Source of the DNA: Sphingobacteriia bacterium
Lineage (GTDB): Bacteria > Bacteroidota > Bacteroidia > Chitinophagales > Chitinophagaceae
Reading direction: 5' to 3'
Length of the DNA stretch: 64,000 bases
NCBI GenBank assembly: GCA_004294135.1
Contig: RDZY01000016.1
Span: 18,036 to 82,035, forward strand
The first letter of the stretch is position 1. Each line of letters begins with the position of its first letter. The translations under genes and the position numbers were made by a program. Under the pieces are notes generated by a model that worked only from the letters and a program-made list of their open reading frames with translations, was not told where the DNA came from and searched no databases. Of the stretch, positions 47,487 to 57,873 are shown one piece after another.

Positions 47487-48995
47487 TTACTTAGGTAATC
47501 CTTTGATCAAAACAATTTGACTTGCTTGCCTCTCTGCAGTTCTAATCGTTCCTTTATCTGCGTTGAGGTAACGATTGCCAGTCCATGTATGTGGTTGTAT
47601 ACATAATAAGAATGTATTTGGTGATCCTGTTTCTTCTGAAATATCAATCATAGCACCATACTCCCAAGATCCAAAACCACCAGATGTAGCGGGGGCTCCG
47701 GTTGGAATAGGATAGCCTGAAGAAGAACCAGGAACATTATACTTTGCTGCATCGGAAGCATTTCTCCTATGATCTAACTCAAATACTTTTTTTAATTGCT
47801 TGGAAGCAATATCATATTGGTAAATCAATGCATCGTGTGTTTGATCATTGTATCCAGAATTTGGATCTTCTTGCACATAAACAAAATTTTGTGTAACCAT
47901 TATATTATCTGGATTCTGAAAATCCTTGGCAATTCCAGTTCTATTGTCACCATCTAAAACTACTTCTAATTTACCTTTTGTAGGATCTGTATCATTTAAA
48001 TTCAACTTATATACACGACCATATTTGCTACGAGAATTGTCTGCATTTGATCCAGTATTATTTTGACCAGTTACTGTAAAATACAACTCACGATTATTGG
48101 CCGCAGAACCTTTTCTGTAATCAATGTCTTCTACTCTTCCAAAACGAATAGCATTTGCAGTTACAGAAGCTAAATTTAATTGTCGACCTGTTAAAGTAGA
48201 GGCGTTATCAATTTTCACAAATTCTACATCATAGTTTGCCCCTTCTACCATATCACGCTCTTTAAAATTATTATTACTTCTTTTCATTACGTACAAAGAT
48301 CCTGTTATTAAATCTCCCACTCTATCACTTATATATACAACAACCTGACCGCCTTCTGCATTGGAATCATCATCACCAATTACAATAACAGTTTTACCGG
48401 GGAATGCATTTTTATTTAAGGGAACTGCATTTTCTGCATTCCATCTTCCTAAGCCCGCTAATTCTTTGGATTGCCCAGGATTAAAGCTAAGCGCTAATGG
48501 ATCAACACCATGTGTTCTTGATTCTTCTCCACTTTCGCCACAGGTTAAAAAAAGAGGGCCAAAACCATGCTCTGCTTGTGTTGCTAAAGTTGCCGAACAT
48601 AAGCGCCATAAACCACCAGTAGAATTTAAAATATATTCTCCTTTAATTGGTTTTAATGAAGCATCTAATGTTAGTCTTGATACAGCAAAGTTATCTTCGT
48701 GATTAACTAGATAAGTAAAAGTTCCATCCGCATTTTTTAAAAATCCTGCACCATCAGCAGATCCGCCAAAAACATAACCAGCACTTGCTGGAATATCGTC
48801 ATCGCTCCCGATAACACTGTATACTTTTACATCAGCAAATCCAGGTAACACATTCACTAATGGATTTGTAACCGATTTGTTGGAAAAAGAAATTAATGAA
48901 GCTGCTAGAACTTCATCCTTTTTTTTACAAGATGTAAAGGCTAGAGAAAGTGATGCTATTGTAGCAAGACTCAAAGTTTTAAAATTAGATTGCAT
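47487..48995 (-). CDS. PhoX-like (DUF839) alkaline phosphatase lipoprotein
   Basis: AFTSC lipobox; VNHE, RLCSAT, ENAV, RVEDID, NPDNI and QEDP motifs typical of PhoX beta-propellers. Confidence 0.75.
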   Translation of the reverse strand: MQSNFKTLSLATIASLSLAFTSCKKKDEVLAASLISFSNKSVTNPLVNVLPGFADVKVYSVIGSDDDIPASAGYVFGGSADGAGFLKNADGTFTYLVNHEDNFAVSRLTLDASLKPIKGEYILNSTGGLWRLCSATLATQAEHGFGPLFLTCGESGEESRTHGVDPLALSFNPGQSKELAGLGRWNAENAVPLNKNAFPGKTVIVIGDDDSNAEGGQVVVYISDRVGDLITGSLYVMKRSNNNFKERDMVEGANYDVEFVKIDNASTLTGRQLNLASVTANAIRFGRVEDIDYRKGSAANNRELYFTVTGQNNTGSNADNSRSKYGRVYKLNLNDTDPTKGKLEVVLDGDNRTGIAKDFQNPDNIMVTQNFVYVQEDPNSGYNDQTHDALIYQYDIASKQLKKVFELDHRRNASDAAKYNVPGSSSGYPIPTGAPATSGGFGSWEYGAMIDISEETGSPNTFLLCIQPHTWTGNRYLNADKGTIRTAERQASQIVLIKGLPK

Positions 48996-49013
48996 TATTT
49001 TTATATTAGGCTG

Positions 49014-49070
49014 CGAAGATGCATACCCAATATTGCTTAATTGTTAAGCAATCATTAAGCTAGTTTTAAG
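49014..49070 (-). promoter_or_regulatory. Degenerate -7 element (CATCTTCG) plus three CTTAA direct repeats at 11-bp period (Pho-box-like)
   Basis: Plus-strand TTAAG at 49044-49048, 49055-49059 and 49066-49070; -7-like element at 49014-49021. Confidence 0.55.
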
Positions 49071-49087
49071 GATTGGGTTTTGTTGAA

Positions 49088-50390
49088 TCAAGGCTGCAAT
49101 AAATTGGCTAATCGCTTTAACTCTATTTCTGCAATTTTAGCAGTGTAAGCCAAGTTTACCAAACGGTAGGATTCGTTTTCGAAACTTTGTTGGGCAATTT
49201 TTACATCTATAATAGTGGACTGCCCCAATTGAAAACGCTGTAAAACCAGATCCAACAAGCGTTTGGAAAGATCTAAATTTTCCTGTGCTGTTTTTAATTG
49301 AGAAATAGTATTGGAATACGCTTGAAAAGTTCTTGTTGCTCCTGTTTCAATTGTAAGAATAAAACCATTGCGTTGTGTTTTAGCAATTCTGGTATTTATT
49401 TCTGCCACTTTTTGTAACCGTTTATTGATAGAGCCGTTGTAAATTGGTACGGCTAAATTGAGGCCAACAAAAGGGCCATAACTTTGGTTCTGTAAAATAA
49501 ATCCAGCAGCACTTGTTGTGTTGGTTAAATTAAATCCAGTAGTAGCCCTTAAGGTTGGGGAACGAAGTGCGGCCGTTTCTCTTTCAAGTAACTCATTTAT
49601 TTTGATCTGTTGTTCTGCCGCTTTTATAGTTGGATTTTTTATTGCAAGTGATTTGATTTGATTGAATTGAATAGACTGATCAATTACAATAGTATCATTG
49701 ATAACAATAGCCGAATCAGGATTTACAAAAATCAGGTTGAGTAAATCTGTTTTTCCTTGATCAATCACCAGTTGTTGCGCTTTTTCTGATTGAATAAGTG
49801 CATTATAATCGAGTTGTGCTTGAAAAATATCTGTATTATTGGCTAAACCAATATCTTTTCTATTCTGTAGTATCGTAATTCTTTGTTTAGAAACCTCCAT
49901 CGACTTAACAATGGTTCCTAAAAAATATTGCTGCCGCACTATATCATAATAACGTGTACTTACTTCTGCAATTGTATTTTGTATTTGTACATTGAGAAGA
50001 TCTTGATTTAATGCCTCTAATTCTTCTAAGCGTTTTTTGGTTGCTTTAACGCGAAAGCCATTGTACAATAAAATGCCACCGGTAATAGAAGCAGTTAAAT
50101 TATTGGTACTAACCCCACTTCTTTTTACATTTCTAGCGGGGTCGGGAAATTTTTGATTGATGCTGGTTACGGTTTCATTGTCGTTGGCAGCAGCATTCAC
50201 AACTGGTAAACCACCAGCAACACCAATATGATTGTTGATACCAGCAATTTCGAGATTGTCTTTAGCCAATTTAATATCGTAACTGTTTTTAAGCGCAGTT
50301 GCAATTGCATCATTTAAAGTTAAATGTTGCTGTGCTGTACAAAAGCCACCTAATAGCAGAACAAAAAATAAAACAAAAATTTTATTAGCC
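49088..50390 (-). CDS. TolC family outer-membrane protein (no adjacent pump genes)
   Basis: Signal peptide MANKIFVL, LTLNDAI..AL.N.YDI and two OEP repeats. Start taken at MANK 50390. Confidence 0.88.
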
Positions 50391-50449
50391 ATTTGCAATG
50401 AAATTACCAAAGGATGGTGGAAATATCCTGATTATTTTACAAGTGGAAA

Positions 50450-51166
50450 CTAGCTTACCAATGTTCCTACATTCATACCTTCCACTACTTGAAGCAGATT
50501 ACCTGGGGTATTCATATCAAATACAATAATGGGTAACTTATTCTCCATACAAAGGGTGAATGCAGTCATATCCATCACTTTCAGGTTCATTGAAATGCAA
50601 TCTTGAAAAGAAATTTTTTCATATTTAACGGCAGTCGGGTCTTTTTCTGGATCGGCATTATAAATTCCATCCACCCTTGTTCCCTTCAAAATAACATCTG
50701 CTTTCATTTCAATAGCACGAAGAGATCCCGCTGTATCGGTTGTAAAATATGGGTTTCCAGTGCCTGCGCCAAAAATTACAACACGCCCTTTCTCCAGGTG
50801 ACGCAAGGCTTTTCTGCGAATATACGGTTCGGCCACTTGTTCCATATTAATGGCACTTTGTAAACGGGTATAAACCCCAATTTTTTCAAGCATGGCCTGC
50901 ATAGCCATTGCATTTATTACTGTAGCCAACATTCCCATATAATCGCCGTGTGCTCTTTCAATACCACTATCGGCCTCATTCATACCTCGGTAAATATTAC
51001 CGCCGCCAATTACAATAGCCACTTGTACCCCCAAATCGGTTACTCTTTTTATATCATTGGCATACTGCTCAATAATTTTTGGATTGAATGGATCACCATT
51101 GCGCTGGTCGCCCAATAAGGCTTCGCCAGATAATTTCAGCAGGATACGTTTGAATTTTGGAAGCAT
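50450..51166 (-). CDS. pyrH: UMP kinase
   Basis: [34 protein letters not shown] and [13 protein letters not shown]. Start reassigned to MLPKFK at 51166. Confidence 0.98.
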   Translation of the reverse strand: MLPKFKRILLKLSGEALLGDQRNGDPFNPKIIEQYANDIKRVTDLGVQVAIVIGGGNIYRGMNEADSGIERAHGDYMGMLATVINAMAMQAMLEKIGVYTRLQSAINMEQVAEPYIRRKALRHLEKGRVVIFGAGTGNPYFTTDTAGSLRAIEMKADVILKGTRVDGIYNADPEKDPTAVKYEKISFQDCISMNLKVMDMTAFTLCMENKLPIIVFDMNTPGNLLQVVEGMNVGTLVS

Positions 51167-51252
51167 GGTCGGAATGATTTGATTGCAAATAACCTCAATT
51201 TTTAATGCGCCGCCAAAATGAATAAACGCTATGCTTAAATTTTTATCATATT

Positions 51253-54200
51253 TTAATTTTTTATAACACGTTTGGAAGTCCATACTTTACCATCATAAAT
51301 ACGAATAAAATAAATATCAGCAGGTAATTCAGCTATATTTATTTTAGATTTTTTGGTGCTGCCATTCAATCTATTCTTTTTCTTTATACTACCGAATTTA
51401 TCTGTTATTTCTATTTCCTTTATATCCGTTTTTATATCTATTGCCTCAATTTGTATGTCCCCTGTAGTAGGGTTGGGTGAAACTGAAAATCTGTGTCCAC
51501 CATTATCGGTACAATCAAAACTAGTGCATACTGGGTAGCTAGTACTACAGGCATTGGAGTACGTAACACATAAGTAAGCATTACTGTAAATATTCTTGAA
51601 AGTTTGCACACTTGTTGGGTCGTTTACTGTTTGAGTTCCAGAGGATGTTTCTATTGTCCAAGTAAAATTATTTGCTGCATAGCTATTATTGGCAAAGCCA
51701 ATAACCTCAGGACAATGAACAGTAATTGAAAGGCTAGGAGTTGGTGTGCCAACAACAACTGTTTTAGTGATAATTATATTTGAACCTGCACAGGCATTTC
51801 CAATTTTTGCACTTAATGTTACTACCCCGCTTGCTATCCCAATTCTTTGTAATATAACCTGATTGCCATTGGGTGAAAGTGTTACAATATTAGCTGGTGA
51901 GGCAGTCCAAGTTATATTAGTTGTAGTATTACAAATATCAATAGAATAATTTTCTGATGAACAATTGATTGCTGATCCATAAATAACTTTGTTGGTGAAT
52001 ACAGGTAAATTTGCAAGATCACATTTTGCTTCGTTTTCAAACCATTCTGAGCCTTGTTGCGAAACAGAAACGTGTTCTTCATTTGTTGCTGGTGCATACA
52101 CATAATCGAAGGGAGTTTTGCCACACAAATATTCATTTGACCAATTCAAGTATAAATTTTTATTGCTATTATTTACACCAAAACGTAAATCGGCCGCACT
52201 ATAACTTGGCATCATAGTAAAGTTGTTGATATTTTGCATGATATTGGGTCTGCCGCCCGTTAATAGATAAATCAGTTCGCCAGCTAAAAAAACACCATGT
52301 GTTTGAATATCATCAGTCACTCTATTCCCAATTAATCCGCCTGGGGCATTGTCTTGGGCACTATTTCCCCAAGCAGCTTGTGCATAAGTATTGGTATATC
52401 CTGGTGGTACCCAAAATAAAAGATTAAAAACTGCACTTAATGTCCACATTTCAGATACTTTATTACTACCACTATTTCTAGTGGTTCTAGCAACCCAACG
52501 GAAACGTTTACAAATATTATCACCACAAACCCCCAAAAGTCCGTTTCGTTTTAGTGAAATATCTAAAAGGTCTGTGTTTGTTCCTTGATAAGGATTTAAC
52601 ATTCCTGTGTTAGACCCATTAATTAGCGCTACTTTTCTGCACTGTACGGGGTATTCTCCTACGGCTGCTAGATTTTGAAGAAACTGAACCCTTAATGCAT
52701 CGGGTGCTGGAAATTCTGAATTAGCAGTTTGGTGATGCGCCAACATTTGTTTTGCAGCTAAGCCATTGTACAAACCCTCCCTTATTTCTTTTATTCCTTT
52801 TAATATGCCCCTTTTTGTAATATACTCAACATAGTTTTGAATACCTATAGGCACATTTGCTCCTTGGTGGCAACCATCGAATGAAATATAGGTTTTTACA
52901 TGGTGGGCTAGGCTATTATGCTCCATATATGCCAATGCATATTGTGCTATTAAAGAACCCATGCTTGGCCCAATAAGTGTAATATCTTGCGTAAATGTTG
53001 ATCCATATGTTTGGTAAAGCCTTTGTAATAAGGTAACCAAAGTCATAGCATTGCGCTCTAATAAATCGTTGCCGTGTTTAAAATCTAAAATCACTAAATC
53101 ATAGCCTTCTTGTAGCATATAGTCGCCAAACTTTACTCCTACATTATTTCGATCTACTGGTTTATTAATAAAATCCGCATAAATTTTTTGTACCCCCCTC
53201 GAATTATCGGGGTCAAAACCATCAATAAATACAATGGGTTTGCGCAGTACGCCTGTATTACAGGAACTACCATTACCAGCAAAGAAAAAATAGGCCGTAT
53301 CTTTTACACCCTTGTAATCTATTGCTGGGTTGCCATATTGGGTATTTACAGTTGCAAGTGCGCCCGCATTGGCATCAATCACCCATTTTTGCCATCCCCC
53401 TTTACAAAAACTAAGGGGTGGGTATTCTATTTTAGGTTTAAAAAAAATTATAAAAGGATTACTGTATTGCACCAAATATCCTGCAAGGTCAATACCTATT
53501 ACTAGAATTCTTCCTCTAAGCGTTTTACCTATTAGTTTTGTAATACTATTAAGGAAACTATTTACACTTCCACTTTGTGTATTTTGCATCAAGTTATTTG
53601 AGAAGGGGTTATCAATTACCCATTCAGCTTCACCATCTCCAAAATCAATTCTTATCTGTTGCACATTTAAATATTTATTGCGCAGAAAAAACTGTTCATC
53701 AATGTAAAAACTATGTTCTCCTTCTTCTAAAACCTGATTTTCTGATTTTAGTGGACTTGCCATAAATGAAGTGTAAGTAAAATAAGGAGTTCTTGACCTG
53801 CCAGATACATCATTAAATTGACCATTTTGACTAGTATCTAAAAGGTTATCATCCAATGCCGTAGTATCTATCATATTATAGTCGTACAAGAATATCCCTA
53901 TTGGGTGTTGCCTATTATTGCCTTTGCTTTCAATTTGCGCGTCTATTTGTTCTGGTGCAAGCCACCCGCTTGTATTATAGCTTGCTTGATACATTTCAAA
54001 ATACGCTTGGGCAAAATGCATGGGACTAGCCGTATCCGTACTATTTGCAGATGCAATATGATTGTTTAATTGGGCAATAGGAAAAACCCTATCATATAAT
54101 ACACTTGTATTAATGTAGGATTTATTTAAGTTTTGAAACTTAAAGTCTGCATAGTCTCTAAAAGGCAGGTTTTCCCATATACTTTGGGCTTGTCCACTTT

Positions 54201-54264
54201 TACTAGCTGTGAAAATAAGTAATAAGATGGCAAATCTATAAATGCCGTTTAAACTCGGTTTCAT
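51253..54264 (-). CDS. T9SS type A-sorted secreted alpha/beta-hydrolase (lipase/esterase-like)
   Basis: Signal peptide; [16 protein letters not shown] elbow, FDGCHQGAN; Ig-like segments; C-terminal SPNPT...[10 protein letters not shown]...KRVIKN sorting domain. Confidence 0.85.
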   Translation of the reverse strand: MKPSLNGIYRFAILLLIFTASKSGQAQSIWENLPFRDYADFKFQNLNKSYINTSVLYDRVFPIAQLNNHIASANSTDTASPMHFAQAYFEMYQASYNTSGWLAPEQIDAQIESKGNNRQHPIGIFLYDYNMIDTTALDDNLLDTSQNGQFNDVSGRSRTPYFTYTSFMASPLKSENQVLEEGEHSFYIDEQFFLRNKYLNVQQIRIDFGDGEAEWVIDNPFSNNLMQNTQSGSVNSFLNSITKLIGKTLRGRILVIGIDLAGYLVQYSNPFIIFFKPKIEYPPLSFCKGGWQKWVIDANAGALATVNTQYGNPAIDYKGVKDTAYFFFAGNGSSCNTGVLRKPIVFIDGFDPDNSRGVQKIYADFINKPVDRNNVGVKFGDYMLQEGYDLVILDFKHGNDLLERNAMTLVTLLQRLYQTYGSTFTQDITLIGPSMGSLIAQYALAYMEHNSLAHHVKTYISFDGCHQGANVPIGIQNYVEYITKRGILKGIKEIREGLYNGLAAKQMLAHHQTANSEFPAPDALRVQFLQNLAAVGEYPVQCRKVALINGSNTGMLNPYQGTNTDLLDISLKRNGLLGVCGDNICKRFRWVARTTRNSGSNKVSEMWTLSAVFNLLFWVPPGYTNTYAQAAWGNSAQDNAPGGLIGNRVTDDIQTHGVFLAGELIYLLTGGRPNIMQNINNFTMMPSYSAADLRFGVNNSNKNLYLNWSNEYLCGKTPFDYVYAPATNEEHVSVSQQGSEWFENEAKCDLANLPVFTNKVIYGSAINCSSENYSIDICNTTTNITWTASPANIVTLSPNGNQVILQRIGIASGVVTLSAKIGNACAGSNIIITKTVVVGTPTPSLSITVHCPEVIGFANNSYAANNFTWTIETSSGTQTVNDPTSVQTFKNIYSNAYLCVTYSNACSTSYPVCTSFDCTDNGGHRFSVSPNPTTGDIQIEAIDIKTDIKEIEITDKFGSIKKKNRLNGSTKKSKINIAELPADIYFIRIYDGKVWTSKRVIKN

Positions 54265-54286
54265 GGGAGTTGGGTTTTAGTTTTAA

Positions 54287-54699
54287 TTAATTAGTGGTAT
54301 ATTTTAATCTAAATTTTCCATCGCTAACAACTACTTTTTTTTGTTGAACTAAATTGTATGCAGTAAATGAGAAATTACCTTCTATAATTTTATTTCGAGT
54401 GGAGAATTATCATAAATTGCTTTGTTTCTAGTATAATTTAGCAAATAGGATTTGGACATAATAGGATTTTCGTAGGTCCATATGGCCACAGATTCATAGC
54501 CCTTATTAGCACCAAGTATAAAAATGCTATCTTTATAAATAGTACAGGTAAGGCAGTTTGCACAGTTATTTGGTTTGTATTCTTGCCCATCAATTTTACA
54601 CTTATAATAAAATTCTGGTAGCCTTTCTTTTTTACAGGCTATTAGTATTAATGCAATACAAATAATGGATAGTACTAATTTTAGTTGAGTTGATTTCAT
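54287..54699 (-). pseudogene. Lipoprotein paralog 3, frameshifted by an internal deletion
   Basis: LIAC lipobox. Reads in frame to ...DNSPL, then joins the shared 3' cassette (54287-54395) out of frame; 67 nt shorter than paralog 1 at this junction. Confidence 0.8.
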
Positions 54700-54711
54700 A
54701 TGAATATTGTA

Positions 54712-55137
54712 TTAATTAATAGTATATTTTAATCTAAATTTTCCATCGCTAACAACTACTTTTTTTTGTTGAACTAAATTGTATGCAGTAAATGAGAAAT
54801 TACCTTCTATAATTTTATTTTATATATCATTTACAAGCGGAGAATTATCGTAATCTGCACTGTTTCTTGTATTATTAAGTTTGAACGATTTGGACGTGAA
54901 AGGATTTTCATACGCTCCTATACCCACAGATTCATAGCCCTTATTTCCGAAAACAATGAAGATTGAATCCGATAACAATCTTGCTACTTTGCAATTTGTA
55001 CAGTTGCTAGGAATATATGTTTCCCCATTAATTTTACACCTAAAATAAAATTCTGGTAGCCTTTCTTTTTTACAGGCTATTAGTATTAATGCAATACAAA
55101 TAATGGATAGTACTAATTTTAGTTGAGTTGATTTCAT
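54712..55137 (-). pseudogene. Lipoprotein paralog 2, junction-created TAA
   Basis: Reads ...NDI*NKIIEGNFSFTAY...RLKYTIN*. It is 54 nt shorter than paralog 1, in frame, with TAA at 54820-54822. Confidence 0.8.
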
Positions 55138-55149
55138 AAAATTATTGTA

Positions 55150-55644
55150 TTAATTAGTGGTATATTTTAACCTAAATTTTCCATCGCTAACAACTACTTT
55201 TTTTTGTTGAACTAAATTGTATGCAGTAAATGAGAAATTACCTTCTATAATTTTATTTACCCTATCTAGGGCTATTATATTTAGTGTTCCAGTATATGTT
55301 GAATCGGTTTTGTATATATCATTTACCAGTGAAGAATTATCATAACCAGCTTGCTTTCCAATTATGTTATTTAGTATGTAATTTTTGACACTAATAGCAC
55401 TTCTATCATTAATGCCGATGTTTACCGATTCATATCCTCTATTTGCCCCAAGTAAAAAAATAGTATCTCTGTAAATAGTACAAGTAAGGCAATTTGCACA
55501 GTTATTTGGTTTGTATTCTTGCCCATCAATTTTACACTTGTAATAAAAATCTGGTAGCTTTTGCTTATTGCATCCTATTGTTAGCATAATAGTGCTTACA
55601 ATAGCTATATATAAGAATCGAGGAAAAATGGTATATAGTTTCAA
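55150..55644 (-). CDS. Lipoprotein paralog 1 (intact; DUF6252-like beta-rich domain)
   Basis: TIGC lipobox followed by NKQK; C-terminal NKIIEGNFSFTAY...VSDGKFRLKY; TTG start. Confidence 0.78.
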   Translation of the reverse strand: MKLYTIFPRFLYIAIVSTIMLTIGCNKQKLPDFYYKCKIDGQEYKPNNCANCLTCTIYRDTIFLLGANRGYESVNIGINDRSAISVKNYILNNIIGKQAGYDNSSLVNDIYKTDSTYTGTLNIIALDRVNKIIEGNFSFTAYNLVQQKKVVVSDGKFRLKYTTN

Positions 55645-55907
55645 AGCGGGCTAATTGGATAACTAAAGTTTGTAAGAAATCCCGATAACTATATCTTTTG
55701 CATATTAACGAATTACTAAATAATGGATGGGAGTTTACCTTAATCGGTATTGTTGCATGAGCGAAAAGTTACCTATAAGCTGCTCAGAATTAAAGTTGGT
55801 GATAAAATCATATTAAGTTTTGACCAAAAACAGTCGATTATACCAATCGTCCCGAAGAGGTTTTTGTGAGTAAGCCAGATATTGGATTGGCTATTAACTT
55901 CTACCAA

Positions 55908-56471
55908 TTATTTTCTTTGTATTAGAAAAAAAGAAATTCCTGCATAAACCCCTATACCAAATACGCTACTAAAGTTTGCTTGATTGGTATTAAAGAGGGG
56001 GCCAAATTTTTGAGTTGTATTGGAATAATATCCAATATCAGTTTGAAAGAAAGCGTGCAAATTACCTGCTATTTTAGGTTGCACGCCTGTAGACAAGCCA
56101 ATAAAACTGCTATTTATTGGAGCATTACTTAAAGAGAATTTCCCTATATCGGCTGTTAGGGATAGATATTCGTTCCAGTTATCTTTCAGTAAAATACTGG
56201 AATACCATCTCAACTCTGTCCGAATACTTTTACCAGTCAACGGCAGTCCATTTATATTGCTATTAGTGGAGCCAATATTCATAAATAAACTAACTATATC
56301 TTTCTGGTCGGGTTTCTCTTTTTTTGCAAAAAAATATTCGCCTCCTATATTATATTTTCCAGAAAAATTTTCGATTGAAGTATTCAAAGCAAATCCGCCA
56401 CCCTTGATGTTTTGAGCAAAAAGGTTGCTACCTAGGGAAGTAAAAAAAATAAAAATGGATATTTTTATCAT
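55908..56471 (-). CDS. Hypothetical exported protein, small beta-barrel-like
   Basis: Signal peptide ending LFAQ; alternating beta-strand pattern; aromatic C-terminal strand GIGVYAGISF. Confidence 0.6.
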   Translation of the reverse strand: MIKISIFIFFTSLGSNLFAQNIKGGGFALNTSIENFSGKYNIGGEYFFAKKEKPDQKDIVSLFMNIGSTNSNINGLPLTGKSIRTELRWYSSILLKDNWNEYLSLTADIGKFSLSNAPINSSFIGLSTGVQPKIAGNLHAFFQTDIGYYSNTTQKFGPLFNTNQANFSSVFGIGVYAGISFFLIQRK

Positions 56472-56509
56472 ATATTATTAATTTGTATGAAGAATAACTT
56501 CATTTTTTT

Positions 56510-57582
56510 TTAGAATATTACCCATAAGGGATTATTAACAACACCATGAAATCCAAGCCCGAATTTTACCCAATCAGTAAAACTTCCGCTTCCCCAAGGA
56601 TCATAATTCCACTTTTGTTGATTAACTAGCTGTGAGCCAGTGTAGGTACCCATGCAATACCAACACCTAAAGCAAAGTAGGCCTTTTTGGTTGCAGCAGT
56701 AAACAACGCAGCTTTGTTAGCAGCAGCAAAGGCTTTTGCAGCAATAATAACAGAAAGTTTACCAGCTGATGCCAATGATATTGCTACAAAGTCTAATCCG
56801 TGCCAAAGCTTACCAAAAAACGACCTCCTCCTTGCATTCGATTGAAACTTATCAGAATATGCTTCAAAGCCATTACCTAAATCTTCAGTTCCAAAAGTTT
56901 AACCATATTGTGCTAGATAGGTATCTTTACTCTGCCTTTGAACTTCTAAGTTAGTAAGTATGTATTCTTTTTCTTCGTAGTTTAAACTATTAGAATTCAT
57001 CACTGAATTTTCTTGCTCTATAATTTTGTTTTCCATCATAGTCTCAGCTTGAGCATCACTAATAGATGTGTTCACCTGTATATTATCCGCTAATGCAAAC
57101 TGCTCATTACTTAAGCTATTTAAAGTTTGATCCCCAAAATTTGTAATCCCAAGAGTACTTCGAATTTGTGATAAATCTGTATTCTGTTGGTTGTTGCTAT
57201 AAGTATTTGAAATAGTCAAATCAATATCGTTAGCTAATCCAGTATTTACAGCATGCTCACTACCATAATTATTTTGTGTGTAATAATCAGAGTAACTACC
57301 TATAAAGCAAGTTGTGTTTTACATATTACCAAGATAAGAATTACAGCCAACTGAGTTTCGATTTAAACTATTATTACTTTAAATTGTGGCTAAATTGTTT
57401 TTATTAAACCCCGACATTGTTGAAGCAAAATTTATTCCTTTGACCATCGAGGATACCTCAATTTTTAACGATTCAAAATCGTCTTTTGTAAAATCTTTCT
57501 TTTCTAAATCATTACTGATGTTTTTTGAACATGACATCAAGAAGATGGGACTTAAGAATAATGTGGTGACTTTCTTTAACAT
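56510..57582 (-). pseudogene. Broken lipoprotein gene (3 in-frame TAA plus 1 frameshift)
   Basis: LMSC lipobox. The track fragments 57379-57582 and 56899-57219 share one frame, with TAA at 57379, 57319 and 56899. The frame continues RRRSFFGKLWHG...GIAWVPT, then shifts near 56640 to GSQLVNQQKWNYDPWGSGSFTDW...PLWVIF*. Confidence 0.78.
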
Positions 57583-57827
57583 AACCTGAATTTTTGATTT
57601 ATAAATTAATTTAAATTATTGATACTATAATATCAATGTGCGTGAGCATTGACAAAATAGTTATTACAAATGTATAGCCCGAATAAAATGACTTTAATCT
57701 TTTTTTAATCTTTTTTTCATTGAAAAAAAGCGCTTTTCAACTCAATTTATGTAGTATAAACACTACATATTTAAAAGTTTAAAATTACCAAGAGCGATAT
57801 ATAACCTTTGGCTATATATAAAAGAAA

Positions 57828-57856
57828 AAACCCCCTAGTTTACAACTAGAGGGTTT
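57828..57856 (-). terminator. Intrinsic terminator after tsf
   Basis: AAACCCCCTAGTT tac AACTAGAGGGTTT hairpin; T-run on the minus strand. Confidence 0.8.
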
Positions 57857-57873
57857 ATAAATAATTTTATAAA

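Larger units (their letters stand above)
54287..55258. repeat. Three near-identical 109-bp 3' cassettes and two identical 94-bp 5' cassettes
   Basis: 3' cassettes at 54287-54395, 54712-54820 and 55150-55258 (1-3 mismatches). 5' cassettes at 54606-54699 and 55044-55137. Confidence 0.92.

Noticed and set aside
54287-55644. Diversity-generating retroelement TR/VR explanation for the lipoprotein repeats
   Set aside because: Differences between copies are largely synonymous and not adenine-specific, and no reverse transcriptase is in the window.
55645-55907. Fragmented plus-strand frames (NELLNNGWEF..., KVGDKIILSFD...)
   Set aside because: They might be a relic, but no identifiable motif supports a call.
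56510-57582. Stop-codon reassignment or read-through to explain the in-frame TAAs
   Set aside because: TAA is the normal stop for most housekeeping genes here. The other relics use TAG and TGA as well, and this gene also has a frameshift.
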